Part shown: positions 36,067-47,307 of the stretch, one piece after another | How positions within the stretch are numbered: the first letter of the stretch is position 1 | Layout: the number at the start of each line of letters is the position of its first letter | NCBI GenBank assembly: GCA_017551515.1 | Contig: JAFZLK010000101.1 | Span: 4,335-68,334, forward strand | Direction of reading: 5' to 3' | DNA: 64,000 nucleotides | Source of the DNA: Bacteroidales bacterium | GTDB lineage: Bacteria > Bacteroidota > Bacteroidia > Bacteroidales > ML635J-15 | Notes under the pieces: generated by a model | The model's input: the letters and a program-made list of their open reading frames with translations, nothing else | Database searches by the model: none | What the model was told of the DNA's origin: nothing | Position numbers and translations under genes: made by a program

Positions 36067-36862
36067 TATTGCGTCTTTTACAAATTACCTGATTCTTAAA
36101 TTTTAAATTCACAACTGAATAAGCATTCCAACCAGTAATATCGAAGCCTTCGCTATACATGGCCTCCAGCTTATCCATCTTCGTTTCGTAGTCATCGAGT
36201 CCACCAAGCAGTATTATGTGGTTGCCAACACGAGGCACAAGTTCAAGTTCGTTTGACTCGTTTACATAAACCTGCGTTATCTGGTTGCGCCACAGATCAT
36301 CGGACTGCAAATAATTAACGAAAACACAAATATCATCAATATTTAATGAATTTTTATCATGGTTTACACTATAGTTATCAACAGAATCCGATGAATAAAA
36401 GCAATCGGACCTCAAATGTCCAGACAAAACTAACATATCGGCGGAAAAGTAATCGCACAAAGGCATCACTTTCTTGTCCCTATCCAGATAGAAAGATGCC
36501 GTATCCTCTGTAATTACCCGAAGCATCGGGTCACGTTGTTTTATCTTTACGAAAACATTACCTTTAAAATCTCCGTATGCCTGAGTTTCCTCCACATAGA
36601 CATTCTCGTTAATAAGCCTCTCGATTCCTGCGAAATCAATTTCGGAATATTTTACCGTAGAATCTAGAACCATGCCACCGTCGTCAAGCATCTTCAACAC
36701 GACATCCTTGTTTATAAACGCATACGAATTGTCAATCTCAATGCTCACGCCCTTGCACATCAACTCGTTATACTTGCGGGTAACATATATGCCCGTTGCG
36801 ACAATATATACAGCCAGCAACACGATGCCTACGATAATCTTATATGCCCTTCTAATTTTCAT
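36059..36862 (-). CDS. ftsQ: Cell division protein FtsQ (POTRA-containing)
   Basis: It has a single N-terminal TM segment and sits between murC and ftsA, with a size and layout typical of FtsQ. Confidence 0.8.
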   Translation of the reverse strand: MKIRRAYKIIVGIVLLAVYIVATGIYVTRKYNELMCKGVSIEIDNSYAFINKDVVLKMLDDGGMVLDSTVKYSEIDFAGIERLINENVYVEETQAYGDFKGNVFVKIKQRDPMLRVITEDTASFYLDRDKKVMPLCDYFSADMLVLSGHLRSDCFYSSDSVDNYSVNHDKNSLNIDDICVFVNYLQSDDLWRNQITQVYVNESNELELVPRVGNHIILLGGLDDYETKMDKLEAMYSEGFDITGWNAYSVVNLKFKNQVICKRRNNG

Positions 36863-38240
36863 TGTCTGACAAAAATTCCTTTATCGGTTTCACAAGTCTG
36901 TCGATGTCGCCTGCACCCATTGTAAGCAAAAGTTCTGGTTCAAGTTTGCCAATAAGGTCGATAAGGTCTGCTTTTTCGCAAAGATATTTTTCCTTTGCCT
37001 TGCAGTTGTCGTATATGAGAGAAGAAGTTACGCCTTCAATCGGCAGTTCGCGTGCAGGATAAATCGGCAATAATATTAGCGTATCGCAAACAGATAGACT
37101 TTTTGCAAAATCCTTGTATAAGTCTCTTGTTCTTGTATACAAATGCGGCTGAAAAATACCAGTTATCTTCTTGTGCGGATAAATCTGCCTTACTGCGCCA
37201 AGGAAAGCCGAAATTTCGCCCGGATGGTGGGCATAATCATCTATAAACACACACTTTTCAGTACGCAACTGAATGTCGAAGCGACGAAGTACACCCATAA
37301 AATTTTCAAGTCCAGCACGAACCTCGTCGACAGAAGCGCCATTTAACATGGAAACAGCAGTTGCACCAACAGCATTCTCGATGTTGTGCCGTCCGCCAAT
37401 TCTATACTTTATGCCCTCAACAGTTCCGAATGGGGTTTTGATGTCAAAAACACAAAGTCCATTACCATACGAAATGTTTGTAGCATTGAAATCAAAATCC
37501 GAATTATCAACACCGTATGAATATACATTCAAGTCGTTGCGAAGCCTTGCCTTAACAGATTCGGGAATGTCGGGACCAAGTACAAGGTTTCCGTTTTTGG
37601 TACTTCCGTTTGCGAACTCCACAAAAGCAGCTTCCATATTTTCGTAAGTACCGTAAATGTCAAGATGGTCTGCTTCGACATGGCTTATGAGTGCTGTTGA
37701 TGGTGTAAGATGCAGGAAAGACCGGTCAAATTCGTCTGCCTCAACAACAACATTTTTGCTTTGCGGTTCAAGATGAAGGTTAGAGTTGAAATTCTTCGAT
37801 ATTCCGCCAAGGAAAGCCGAACATTTTTCCTGTGTTCCTGCCATTATACACGATGTTATGGTCGAAATGGAAGTCTTTCCATGAGTACCAGCCACTGCAA
37901 GACAACTCTTGCCTTCGCAAAGATGTCCCAATGCTTCGGCACGCTTTATTACCTTGAATCCATTTTGCCTGAAGAATGTCAGTTCGGTATGTTCGGCAGG
38001 AATTGCAGGCGTATAGATGACAAGTGTCGTTTCCTTGTCTTTGTAGCACGAACCGACCAAGTCGAGGTTATCCTCGTAATGCACCTGTATTCCCTCTTTT
38101 TCGAGGTTGTCGCAAACATCGCTTCGCGTACGGTCGTAACCAGCAACATTGTAACCGCAAGCGTTGAAATAGCGAGCAATTGCACTCATGCCAATTCCAC
38201 CGATGCCTACAAAATATATGTTTGCAAATTTACTTTTCAT
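36852..38240 (-). CDS. murC: UDP-N-acetylmuramate--L-alanine ligase
   Basis: IYFVGIGGIGMSAIA and AVAGTHGKTS are Mur ligase motifs. ATG 38240 is preferred over the track's TTG at 38267. Confidence 0.95.
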   Translation of the reverse strand: MKSKFANIYFVGIGGIGMSAIARYFNACGYNVAGYDRTRSDVCDNLEKEGIQVHYEDNLDLVGSCYKDKETTLVIYTPAIPAEHTELTFFRQNGFKVIKRAEALGHLCEGKSCLAVAGTHGKTSISTITSCIMAGTQEKCSAFLGGISKNFNSNLHLEPQSKNVVVEADEFDRSFLHLTPSTALISHVEADHLDIYGTYENMEAAFVEFANGSTKNGNLVLGPDIPESVKARLRNDLNVYSYGVDNSDFDFNATNISYGNGLCVFDIKTPFGTVEGIKYRIGGRHNIENAVGATAVSMLNGASVDEVRAGLENFMGVLRRFDIQLRTEKCVFIDDYAHHPGEISAFLGAVRQIYPHKKITGIFQPHLYTRTRDLYKDFAKSLSVCDTLILLPIYPARELPIEGVTSSLIYDNCKAKEKYLCEKADLIDLIGKLEPELLLTMGAGDIDRLVKPIKEFLSDNEN

Positions 38241-39342
38241 AAGCCAGTTTATACACTTCCTCGGCAATTACATTTGCAGCATCAAGTAATTCAAGTTTCT
38301 TGATGTTCTGCGAAAGCTTTTCACGCAAAGGCATATCCGAAACAAGTCCCATTACCTTATCAACAAGAACATTACGAGCATCAACATCCTTTACCATAAG
38401 GGCGGCATCCTTGTCAACGAGAGCCATCGCGTTCTTGGTCTGATGGTCTTCGGCTACATTTGGAGAAGGAACAAACACTACCGGTTTGCCTACGATGCAA
38501 AGTTCGGAAATCGTACTTGCACCAGCCCTTGAAACTATAACATCGGCAGCTGCAAACGCCAAGTCCATCTTGTATATGAAATCGTTGACATACAAACCCT
38601 TTTTAGGTTCTGTTCCTAAAATTCCCCTTGCTGTCTCAATGTAGCCCTTGCCTGTCTGCCATATAAGTTGTACGCCTGCATCGGCAAACTTCTTCAGTCC
38701 ACCAGCAATACTTTCGTTGATGGTCTTTGCACCAAGACTACCACCCACAACAAGAACAACAGGCTTACCCTGCTCGAGACCAAAGAACTCGAAAGCCTCA
38801 CTACGCTTTGCCTCAATATTTTTGATGTCCTGTCTTACAGGATTTCCAGTCTTCATAATTTTTTCGGCAGGGAAAAAGCGTTCCATGTTGTCGTATGCAA
38901 CGCAAATCTTGCGAACTTTTCCAGCAAGTTTCTTGTTCACCACGCCCGGATATGAGTTTTGCTCTTGAAGCAAACAAGGCACTCCTGCTCTAGATGCAGC
39001 ATTCAGCGATGGATAACTTGCATATCCACCAACACCTACAGCAACATCGGGTCGGAAATCAGCTATTATCTTCCTTGCCTTTTTGTTACTCCTAATCACG
39101 CTCGAAATGAACTTGAACCACTTCAGAGACAACTTGCGCGGCATTCCCATTATTGGCAAGCCAATTATATTGTAACCAGCAGCAGGAACTTTTTCCATTT
39201 CCATGCGACCTTCAGCACCAACAAACTGAATTTCTACCTGCGGATATTTTTCTCGCAAAGCATTTGCTATTGAAACGGCTGGAAATATATGTCCGCCCGT
39301 ACCACCACCGCTAATCAGCACCTTAAATTTATTTTCGTTCAT
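38230..39342 (-). CDS. murG: UDP-N-acetylglucosamine--N-acetylmuramyl-(pentapeptide) pyrophosphoryl-undecaprenol GlcNAc transferase
   Basis: ISGGGTGGHIFPA, VVGGSLGA and RAGASTISEL. Confidence 0.95.
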   Translation of the reverse strand: MNENKFKVLISGGGTGGHIFPAVSIANALREKYPQVEIQFVGAEGRMEMEKVPAAGYNIIGLPIMGMPRKLSLKWFKFISSVIRSNKKARKIIADFRPDVAVGVGGYASYPSLNAASRAGVPCLLQEQNSYPGVVNKKLAGKVRKICVAYDNMERFFPAEKIMKTGNPVRQDIKNIEAKRSEAFEFFGLEQGKPVVLVVGGSLGAKTINESIAGGLKKFADAGVQLIWQTGKGYIETARGILGTEPKKGLYVNDFIYKMDLAFAAADVIVSRAGASTISELCIVGKPVVFVPSPNVAEDHQTKNAMALVDKDAALMVKDVDARNVLVDKVMGLVSDMPLREKLSQNIKKLELLDAANVIAEEVYKLAYEK

Positions 39343-40681
39343 TTTCTTCTATGTTATTTAATTCGTTATCATCAATCATTTCAAGCACTTCCTCGCCAGT
39401 AACTTCAGCATTATCAACAGTTGCCTTAGCAGAAGCATCGTCAACATTAATAGTATTTCCTTCCTCAACAAGACTAATGTCGCCATCGGCTTCGGTTTCT
39501 TTGGCTATCGGAGCATTTTCGTCCTCGACTTCGCGACTTACGCTAAGGATAACACCAATTGCAAATCCCATGAATACCAACGATGAGTTTCCGTAACTAA
39601 CAAACGGAAGCGTCTGACCTGTAACAGGCATCAAGTCGGTAGAAACTGCCATGTTGGAGAATGCCTGAATTACTATCATGGATGTAAGTCCCAGCACAAG
39701 ATACTGCCTGAACTTGTATTTTGGCTCGAGTTCTCCATCGGCATTGGCATGTTTGTTCAGCTTCTTCACTATCGACAATGCCCTGTGAAACAGCATTATG
39801 TAAAGCCAAATAAGGAATATGGAACCTACCAGACCAGTTTCTTCGGCTATATTGGCAAAAATGTAGTCGCAATGCGCATTGGCTAGCTTTACCTTTGCAT
39901 GACCGTTGCCCGGACCTCTGCCTAGTATACCTCCCGAAGCAACTGCCATACGGGCATTGTTAACCTGCACCTGGTCCTCTTTTGACGGATTGCCATCAAC
40001 CCATGATTCCACCCTAGCCTTCCATGTCGGGAATCGCCATATCTGAATATTTCCGTAGAGAATTACCGCGAATAGCAAACCACCCGCCACGAGAAATATG
40101 CTAGTCAATCCCCAGAAGTAAGACCTTTTTATACTGCTGAAGAACAAAAGCACCATTGCCTCAAGCAAAACCAGCAACGATGTGGAAAGGTTAGACGGCA
40201 TTATGAGGAAACAAGTTATAAAGATTGGTAGCAATATCGACTTTGCGAATTCCTTGATTGTGGTTATCTCGCCTTCTTTTTTCGACAGTTTATTTGCCAA
40301 ATACATCAGCAGGGCTACCTTCGCAAAGTCGGATGTCTGCACGGTTATAGGACCAATGAAAAGCCAACGCTTTGCACCATTTACTTCCGGAGCCCAAAGC
40401 CATGTGACTATCAATAAGATTACCGATGCCCAATATAAGAGGAACGAAACCTTACGGAAATACTTGCTAGGAATCTTATGTATTATGTATATGCTGACGG
40501 CACCTACCAAAAGTCCGAACACATGCTTGAACAGATGCGCTGTAGTATTAGTACCGGGCAACTGCACAGATGCGCTGTAAACCGACAAAACCGAAAACAT
40601 GAACAGGGCGACAATTATCAGCCATATTCCTCGGTTTCCACCAAATATTAATTTAACTTTTGAAAATGCCATCGTCGTCAA
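39329..40681 (-). CDS. ftsW: Peptidoglycan glycosyltransferase FtsW (SEDS family)
   Basis: It is a polytopic membrane protein with SEDS motifs (QTSDFAK, HCDYIFANIAEETG, PFVSYGNSS). It has an acidic C-terminal extension. Confidence 0.9.
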   Translation of the reverse strand: MTTMAFSKVKLIFGGNRGIWLIIVALFMFSVLSVYSASVQLPGTNTTAHLFKHVFGLLVGAVSIYIIHKIPSKYFRKVSFLLYWASVILLIVTWLWAPEVNGAKRWLFIGPITVQTSDFAKVALLMYLANKLSKKEGEITTIKEFAKSILLPIFITCFLIMPSNLSTSLLVLLEAMVLLFFSSIKRSYFWGLTSIFLVAGGLLFAVILYGNIQIWRFPTWKARVESWVDGNPSKEDQVQVNNARMAVASGGILGRGPGNGHAKVKLANAHCDYIFANIAEETGLVGSIFLIWLYIMLFHRALSIVKKLNKHANADGELEPKYKFRQYLVLGLTSMIVIQAFSNMAVSTDLMPVTGQTLPFVSYGNSSLVFMGFAIGVILSVSREVEDENAPIAKETEADGDISLVEEGNTINVDDASAKATVDNAEVTGEEVLEMIDDNELNNIEENERK

Positions 40682-40682
40682 A

Positions 40683-42032
40683 CTATAAGTTTCTTACTGC
40701 AATCTTGAATTTATTGCCACGGTCTTCGTAGTTGTCAAACAAGTCAAAACTAGCACATGCAGGCGAAAGCAATACTGTATCGCCAGGCTTACCCATCTTG
40801 TATGCCTCGTTGACTGCATCGTCCATGCTGGTAACATCAACCATCGGAAGTCCAGTATTGTCGAATGCCTTGTGAATAGGACTATTGTCAATGCCAAGGC
40901 AAACAATGCCTTTTACCTTTTCGTCGACAAGCTTGCGCAACTCCTCGTAATCGTTACCCTTATCCTTACCGCCAACTATCCAAATAACAGGAGTTGTCAT
41001 CGATTCGAGCGCGTACCATACCGAATTTATGTTGGTTGCCTTGGAATCGTTGATAAACTTTATTCCCCTGATTGTCAAGACTGGCTCCATGCGGTGTTCC
41101 ACATTCTTGAAGTCCATAAGGCTTTCGCGGATGACTTCGTTGCGTATGTTCAGCACCTGAGCAACGATACCAGCAGCCATCGAGTTATAGACATTGTGCT
41201 TGCCCTTTATCGAAAGGTCGTCGATGAGCATTGTCAAGGTCTTGCTACTATTGTTTATGTAGTCGATTGACTTTTCGTCCTCGCTAAGTGCAGCACCATT
41301 CTTTACCTTTCTCTTCTTCTGGGTGAATTCCAACTGGGTAGCAAGAATTTCGCGCTTTGAGATTTCGTTTATAATAACCTCATCATCAGAACAATATATG
41401 AAGGAATCCTTTGCTGTTGTATTCTGCAAGATACGGAATTTCGCATCAATGTAGTTCTGGAACTTGTGGTCGTAGCGGTCCAAGTGGTCGGGAGTGATGT
41501 TCATGAGCACCGACAAGTCACTCTTGAACTTGTACATGTTGTCGAGCTGGAAACTGCTGAGTTCGATTACATAGTAGTCGTAATCCTTGGTTGCCACCTG
41601 ATATGCAAAACTTTGTCCCACATTGCCAGCCAAACCTACATTGAGCCCTGCCTTTTTCAAGATATGGTATGTAAGCATGGTGGTTGTAGTCTTTCCGTTA
41701 CTACCTGTAATACAAATCTTTACAGCATTGGTATAGCGTGCAGCAAATTCTATTTCGGAAATAACCGGAATACCAAGTTGACGAGCCTTCACAACCATAG
41801 GTGCGGTTTCGGGAATACCCGGGCTCTTTATGATTTCGTCGGCATTGAGAATCAACTCCTCGGTATGCTGCTTTTCCTCGTAAAGTACATTGTAGTCCTT
41901 CAAAAGTTCCTTGTACTTTTCGGCGATTTCGCTCTTGTCCGAAACGAATACATCAAAATCATTTACTGCGGCCAGCACAGCTGCGCCAGTTCCACTCTCT
42001 CCTGCTCCTAATACAACAATTCTCTTTTCCAC
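40683..42032 (-). CDS. murD: UDP-N-acetylmuramoylalanine--D-glutamate ligase
   Basis: VVLGAGESG, ITGSNGKTTT and NITPDHLDR. Confidence 0.95.
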   Translation of the reverse strand: MEKRIVVLGAGESGTGAAVLAAVNDFDVFVSDKSEIAEKYKELLKDYNVLYEEKQHTEELILNADEIIKSPGIPETAPMVVKARQLGIPVISEIEFAARYTNAVKICITGSNGKTTTTMLTYHILKKAGLNVGLAGNVGQSFAYQVATKDYDYYVIELSSFQLDNMYKFKSDLSVLMNITPDHLDRYDHKFQNYIDAKFRILQNTTAKDSFIYCSDDEVIINEISKREILATQLEFTQKKRKVKNGAALSEDEKSIDYINNSSKTLTMLIDDLSIKGKHNVYNSMAAGIVAQVLNIRNEVIRESLMDFKNVEHRMEPVLTIRGIKFINDSKATNINSVWYALESMTTPVIWIVGGKDKGNDYEELRKLVDEKVKGIVCLGIDNSPIHKAFDNTGLPMVDVTSMDDAVNEAYKMGKPGDTVLLSPACASFDLFDNYEDRGNKFKIAVRNL

Positions 42033-42036
42033 TTTC

Positions 42037-43359
42037 TTATCTTAATTTTAAAGTTACAATTGAAATGATAGCCAACAACAAAGTCACGATCCAGAATCTG
42101 GCTACAATCTTGGATTCGGGCATTCCCTTCTTCTGATAATGGTGATGCAAAGGTGCCATCTTGAACGGACGCTTCTCCACTGGCACTGGTACACCTTTGG
42201 GAAGTTTATGTTTTTTACGATAGAACTTGCAATATCGGTTCTGTATTATCACCGAAAGGCTTTCAACTAGGAATATTCCGCAGAGTATCGGAAGTATAAG
42301 TTCCTTCTTAATGATGATTGCAAAGACTGCAATAATACCGCCGAGCGTAAGGCTTCCAGTGTCACCCATGAAAACTTGTGCCGGATAGGTGTTATACCAC
42401 AAGAAACCGATTGTTGCTCCCATAAATGCTGCAGCGAAAATCATCAGTTCACCAGTATTCGGAATGTACAATATGTTAAGATAATCGGCTGCCACGCGGT
42501 TACCTGAAACGTATGCCAGAATACCGAGCGTTGCACCGATGATTGCCGATGTTCCAGTTGCAAGTCCGTCCATACCATCAGTTAGGTTTGCTCCGTTCGA
42601 TACCGCAGCAACAACAAGGATTGTCATTATGACGAAAACCAACCAAGCCAGTTTGTCTGCATAGTCGCCAGCCCAGGCAACAAACCAGCGATAGTCAAGT
42701 TCGTTGTTTTTAAGGAATGGTATTGTAGTCTTGGTTGACTTTACATCCTGATATTCGGTAACACCAGAGCAATCAGAATTGCCTACAACCTCAACAACTT
42801 CGCAATTTGAATTGCCTTCAACAGGTACCTGCTCCCTTATTACAGCATCGGGAGAGAAATAAAGGATTGCACCTACGGCAAAACCAAGCATAATCTGTCC
42901 AAGCAGTTTAAACTTTCCAGGTAGTCCGTCCTTGTTGTGTTTCTTCTGCTTCAAATAGTCATCCAAGAAGCCAAGAGTTCCTAACCACAATGTTGTTACA
43001 AGCATCAATATTGTATAGACATTGTTCAACTGCGCAAACAACAAGGTCGGAATCACGATTGCCGCGATAATGATAAGTCCACCCATTGTCGGCACGTTCT
43101 TCTTGAAATTCTTCACATTGTTTACGCAAGTGTCGCAGTTCTGCGAATTTTCGGTAGGAGAATCGTTCATAGTGGTGCGTGTCTCCTCGACTTCGGTCTT
43201 GCCCGATTTCTTCATACGCCTCATAAACCATTTTCCAAACCAAATGGCAATTATCAGCGAGGCTATCATTGAAATACCCGACCTAAATGTGATGTACTGG
43301 AAAACACCAGCACCGGGCATTCCTAATTCCTGCAAATACTGAAATAAATGGTAAAACAT
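42037..43359 (-). CDS. mraY: Phospho-N-acetylmuramoyl-pentapeptide transferase
   Basis: PTMGG, NLTDGMDGLA and VFMGDTGSL are present. There are two lineage-type insertions relative to short MraY proteins. Confidence 0.95.
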   Translation of the reverse strand: MFYHLFQYLQELGMPGAGVFQYITFRSGISMIASLIIAIWFGKWFMRRMKKSGKTEVEETRTTMNDSPTENSQNCDTCVNNVKNFKKNVPTMGGLIIIAAIVIPTLLFAQLNNVYTILMLVTTLWLGTLGFLDDYLKQKKHNKDGLPGKFKLLGQIMLGFAVGAILYFSPDAVIREQVPVEGNSNCEVVEVVGNSDCSGVTEYQDVKSTKTTIPFLKNNELDYRWFVAWAGDYADKLAWLVFVIMTILVVAAVSNGANLTDGMDGLATGTSAIIGATLGILAYVSGNRVAADYLNILYIPNTGELMIFAAAFMGATIGFLWYNTYPAQVFMGDTGSLTLGGIIAVFAIIIKKELILPILCGIFLVESLSVIIQNRYCKFYRKKHKLPKGVPVPVEKRPFKMAPLHHHYQKKGMPESKIVARFWIVTLLLAIISIVTLKLR

Positions 43360-43365
43360 AATCTA

Positions 43366-44814
43366 CTAGTTATTAAATGCATTACTTAAAACTTCCTTGT
43401 CATCGAAATGGTGGCGAACGCCTTTTATCTCCTGATAAGTCTCGTGACCCTTACCAGCCACAAGAATAATGTCGCCTTTCTTTGCCATCATGCAAGCCGT
43501 ACGGATTGCCTCCTCGCGACTTGTAATCCTGAGAACCCTGTTCTTCCACTGCGGTTCAACGCCCTTCTGCATATCGTCAAGAATATCTTCGGGTTCCTCG
43601 TTGCGTGGATTGTCTGATGTAAGAATGACCTTGTCGCTCATTTCGGCGGCTATTGCTGCCATTTCAGGACGCTTGGTCTTGTCACGGTTTCCACCACAAC
43701 CCACAACTGTTATCAATGTACCTTCGCCACAACGGATTTCGTTGATTGTAGAAATGACATTCTGCAAGGCATCTGGTGTGTGTGCATAATCAACAATTGC
43801 AGTAACACCTTCCTTGGAACGGATGATTTCGAAACGACCATCAACTGGATACAATTCGCTCATTGTCTTCAAAACTTCCATCTTGTCGAAACCAAGCAAA
43901 ATTGCTGTTCCATAGACAGCCAAAAGGTTGTATGCGTTAAACTTTCCAATGAAATTTACCCAAACCTCAGAGCCGTTGATGTCGAGTTGCATTCCTGCAA
44001 AACCGTCCTCAACGATTCTTGCCTTGAAATCAGCACCCGACAAAAGCGAATATTTGTATTTCTTTGCCTTCGAGTTCTGATACATTATTTCGCCGTTGCG
44101 GTCATCGATATTGGTGATGGCAAAAGCATTTGCGGGCAACATGGTGAAAAATCCCTGCTTTGCCTTTATGTATTCAGCGAAAGTCTTGTGGAAATCGAGA
44201 TGGTCGTGAGTAATGTTGGTGAAAATTCCGCCAGCAAAAGTCAAACCTGCGATACGGTTCTGTACTACCGAGTGCGAACTTACTTCCATAAAGCAGTAGT
44301 CGCAACCGCAATCCACCATCTTTGCCAAATATCCGTTGAGCTGAAGTGGGTCGGGAGTTGTGTGTGTGGCTGGAATTACTTCAGTATCAACAATAACTTT
44401 TACCGTTGAGAAAAGACCTACCTTGTAGCCAAGCTTGCGAGTAAGGTTGTACAAAGTGCCTGCAATCGTGGTCTTGCCGTTTGTACCGGTAACACCGACG
44501 AGTTTCAGTTTTGTTGAAGGATTTCCGTAGTAATCTGATGCCAAAATTCCAAGTGCTTCGGATGACGATTCCACCTGAATGTAACTTACATCGTCGTGAA
44601 GTTTTTCGGGCATCTTTTCGCAAACTATCATCTTTGCACCGCTAACAATTGCCGTTTCAATGAAATCGTGTCCATCGGAAGCAGTTCCGACTATTGCCAC
44701 GAACATATCGCCAGCACCGACCTTACGCGAATCAAATTCAATCTTCTCGAAACTAGGCTGCCTTACAACCGAGTTTACCACTTTCAATTTGTTCAACGAA
44801 ACATTTATATCCAT
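43366..44814 (-). CDS. murE: UDP-N-acetylmuramoyl-L-alanyl-D-glutamate--2,6-diaminopimelate ligase
   Basis: [19 protein letters not shown] and the DNPR motif (TSDNPRNE) indicate meso-DAP specificity. Confidence 0.95.
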   Translation of the reverse strand: MDINVSLNKLKVVNSVVRQPSFEKIEFDSRKVGAGDMFVAIVGTASDGHDFIETAIVSGAKMIVCEKMPEKLHDDVSYIQVESSSEALGILASDYYGNPSTKLKLVGVTGTNGKTTIAGTLYNLTRKLGYKVGLFSTVKVIVDTEVIPATHTTPDPLQLNGYLAKMVDCGCDYCFMEVSSHSVVQNRIAGLTFAGGIFTNITHDHLDFHKTFAEYIKAKQGFFTMLPANAFAITNIDDRNGEIMYQNSKAKKYKYSLLSGADFKARIVEDGFAGMQLDINGSEVWVNFIGKFNAYNLLAVYGTAILLGFDKMEVLKTMSELYPVDGRFEIIRSKEGVTAIVDYAHTPDALQNVISTINEIRCGEGTLITVVGCGGNRDKTKRPEMAAIAAEMSDKVILTSDNPRNEEPEDILDDMQKGVEPQWKNRVLRITSREEAIRTACMMAKKGDIILVAGKGHETYQEIKGVRHHFDDKEVLSNAFNN

Positions 44815-44821
44815 CTTCCTT

Positions 44822-46951
44822 TTATTTTAAAGTCAAATAAATCGAATCACCTTTTGCATACACAGTTCCCTGCGATGGCACCTGTTGTACTACACGACCA
44901 CGCCCTGAAATCATAACCTTGAGTCCGCTTTTTTCAAGAAGCCCTATAGCATCGGATGCACCCATATTCCTGACATCGGGAATAAGGTTCGGACTTTCGG
45001 GAGAATAAGGCGCAAAATTTTCCTTGTCACTCGACAAATCCTGGAAACGAATCCACTTCACTGTTGAGAAATTATCAATGTTTGTAGGGATGTCAAGGAT
45101 TTCGCAGACACTTTGAATTCTTTCGCGATTGCCAGACTTGCTCTGTGGCAAATGCGACACTGGGTCATCGTTAACCTCATCGGCAACGGCCTTAGTGTCT
45201 ATCGAATAGATTTTGTCGGCAATCTTGCGGAAAACATTTCCTGCAACTACATTACCGTAAATGCTACCCTCTGACGGGTTGTAAATCGAAACTATGCATG
45301 AATATTCGGGCTTGTCGGCAGGGAAATATCCAACAAACGATGCGTGATAAGTAACTTTCTGTCCATCCTTGCCGTAGTTCATCTGAGCAGTACCTGTCTT
45401 TCCTGCAATCGGATAATTTTCGTTGCGTAGATTGCGTGCGGTACCATTCTGAACCACACCTTCGAGCATACGCTTTACGGCTTCGATTGTCTTGTGTGAA
45501 CATATCTGCGGGTCGATTACATACGGCTCGAACTTTTCAACCATTTCGCCTCGGTACGAAAGACCTTCGACAAACATAGGACGCAAAAGCTTTCCATCGT
45601 TTGCAATGGCATTGTAGAAGGCTAGCATCTGCAATGGGGTTATCGAAACCTCGTATCCGTATGCCATCTGTGGCAACGAAATACCCGACCAAATCTTTTT
45701 TCCTTCAGCAGGCTCGTGTATCACTGGCTTTGCCTCCCCTTTGAGTTCGATACCCAAAGGTTCGTTAAGATGCAGACGCTTGATGCCATCAACAAATTTC
45801 TGCTGCTGGTGCTTGTAGTTATCATAAACGAAACGAGCTGTACCAACATTTGAAGAAGTCTCGATTATGCGTTGCACCGAAAGCCATGTGCTGTCTGGCG
45901 TATGCGAGTCTCTGACGACCTTGGAATAATATGTATCAACGCCATTGCCAACCTTTACCATAGTTTCTGGCGTTATGTATCCATCTTCCATAGCGACAAT
46001 TGCCGATGCAATCTTGAATGTTGAGCCAGGGTCGGCAGTATGTCCGCCTGTCGACAAGTTGCCTACAGCATAATTGAAATTCTCGTAGAAATTGACAGAG
46101 TCGCGCATAAGGTTTGCAATTGCCCTTACCTTGCCCGTAGCGACTTCCATCACGACAACCGTACCATACTGCGCCGAATGCTGGAGCATCTGGTTTTCAA
46201 GTTCGGTTTCGGCTATGTCCTGAAGGCTTATGTCAATTGTTGTTATAAGGTCTTTACCATCAACAGGCTTTATGTAGTCGGTGGAATTTTCAATCGGAAC
46301 CCACACATCCTTCGACACCTTCTGAAATGCAGCATAGCCTTCGACACCTGTCAGCACACTATCGTAACTGAATTCAAGTCCATAATGACCTTTTTCGCTA
46401 GACTCGCCAATGGTGCGCCTTGCCAATTTGCCGAAAGGTTTTTCGCGCTCAAATATTTCAGTAGAATAAAAGCCAGCACGATATTTTCCCCTACGCAAAA
46501 ATGGGAACTTCTTCATTTCCTCGTACTGCAGGAAAGTAACACGCCTCTTAATGCAATAGCTTCGACTACCCTTGTTCTTGGCTTCTCTGATTTCTTTCCT
46601 ATAGGTATCTTTCGTCTTGTTGCCGAACAAATTTGCAAGACAAATGCTTAATGAATCAATTTCTGCATCGAACAAAGAATCCGACATAGACCTTACGCCC
46701 TGACAAGCCAAGTCAAGATATGTATCGTAGTAGCAAACCGAAGTTGCAAGCAATTTACCATCGCTCGAATATATGTCGCCTCGTTTGGGCTTAATGACAT
46801 TCGTCCGCACGCATTCGCTCTCCTTGTCCTCGGCAGGCGTAGCTATCTGCAAGTAAACGATACGCCCTATCACCACCAGCGAAACCAGAATGGCAAGCAC
46901 CAGGAAGATGTACGAATTGCGAACTGTTATATTTCTCTTCTTATTTTTCAT
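44822..46951 (-). CDS. ftsI: Penicillin-binding protein, transpeptidase (FtsI/PBP3-like)
   Basis: It has an N-terminal TM anchor and the transpeptidase motifs STFK, SSN and KTG(T) (AGKTGTA). It sits in the dcw cluster. Confidence 0.9.
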   Translation of the reverse strand: MKNKKRNITVRNSYIFLVLAILVSLVVIGRIVYLQIATPAEDKESECVRTNVIKPKRGDIYSSDGKLLATSVCYYDTYLDLACQGVRSMSDSLFDAEIDSLSICLANLFGNKTKDTYRKEIREAKNKGSRSYCIKRRVTFLQYEEMKKFPFLRRGKYRAGFYSTEIFEREKPFGKLARRTIGESSEKGHYGLEFSYDSVLTGVEGYAAFQKVSKDVWVPIENSTDYIKPVDGKDLITTIDISLQDIAETELENQMLQHSAQYGTVVVMEVATGKVRAIANLMRDSVNFYENFNYAVGNLSTGGHTADPGSTFKIASAIVAMEDGYITPETMVKVGNGVDTYYSKVVRDSHTPDSTWLSVQRIIETSSNVGTARFVYDNYKHQQQKFVDGIKRLHLNEPLGIELKGEAKPVIHEPAEGKKIWSGISLPQMAYGYEVSITPLQMLAFYNAIANDGKLLRPMFVEGLSYRGEMVEKFEPYVIDPQICSHKTIEAVKRMLEGVVQNGTARNLRNENYPIAGKTGTAQMNYGKDGQKVTYHASFVGYFPADKPEYSCIVSIYNPSEGSIYGNVVAGNVFRKIADKIYSIDTKAVADEVNDDPVSHLPQSKSGNRERIQSVCEILDIPTNIDNFSTVKWIRFQDLSSDKENFAPYSPESPNLIPDVRNMGASDAIGLLEKSGLKVMISGRGRVVQQVPSQGTVYAKGDSIYLTLK

Positions 46952-47304
46952 TTTTTCATTTTTCTACGACTGGATTTCTTGGAACTATATATTATTTTGT
47001 GTGGCGGACGCTTCGACTCCTCCAATGTAGAGCCTTTTGCCTTGAGCAACGAAATCACGCTGTTACGACGGTTAGTCTTTTTCAGCAATTCCGACTGTAT
47101 TGCTACGCCCTCGGCGCGAAGTTTCTCGATGCGTTCCTCCGACCTGTTTATTTCGCGGTAAATGTAAATTCCATGGAAATGGTTAACCACATACAAAAGT
47201 GCAAGCCCGAACAACAAGGCAATAATCCCGACTCTCCTCTTTGTGAGCTTCGACATTATTATCTCACCCGACAAAACACTGCGTACACCTTTAATAAAAT
47301 CCAT
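46948..47304 (-). CDS. ftsL: FtsL-like cell division protein
   Basis: It is small and bitopic (one TM followed by a coiled-coil-like segment) and occupies the conserved position between rsmH and ftsI. Confidence 0.6.
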   Translation of the reverse strand: MDFIKGVRSVLSGEIIMSKLTKRRVGIIALLFGLALLYVVNHFHGIYIYREINRSEERIEKLRAEGVAIQSELLKKTNRRNSVISLLKAKGSTLEESKRPPHKIIYSSKKSSRRKMKK

Positions 47305-47307
47305 GCC

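Noticed and set aside
36852-38267. murC start at TTG 38267, which overlaps murG by 38 nt.
   Set aside because: ATG 38240 gives the conserved N-terminus (MKSKFANIYFVGIGGIGMS) with a shorter overlap, so it was preferred.
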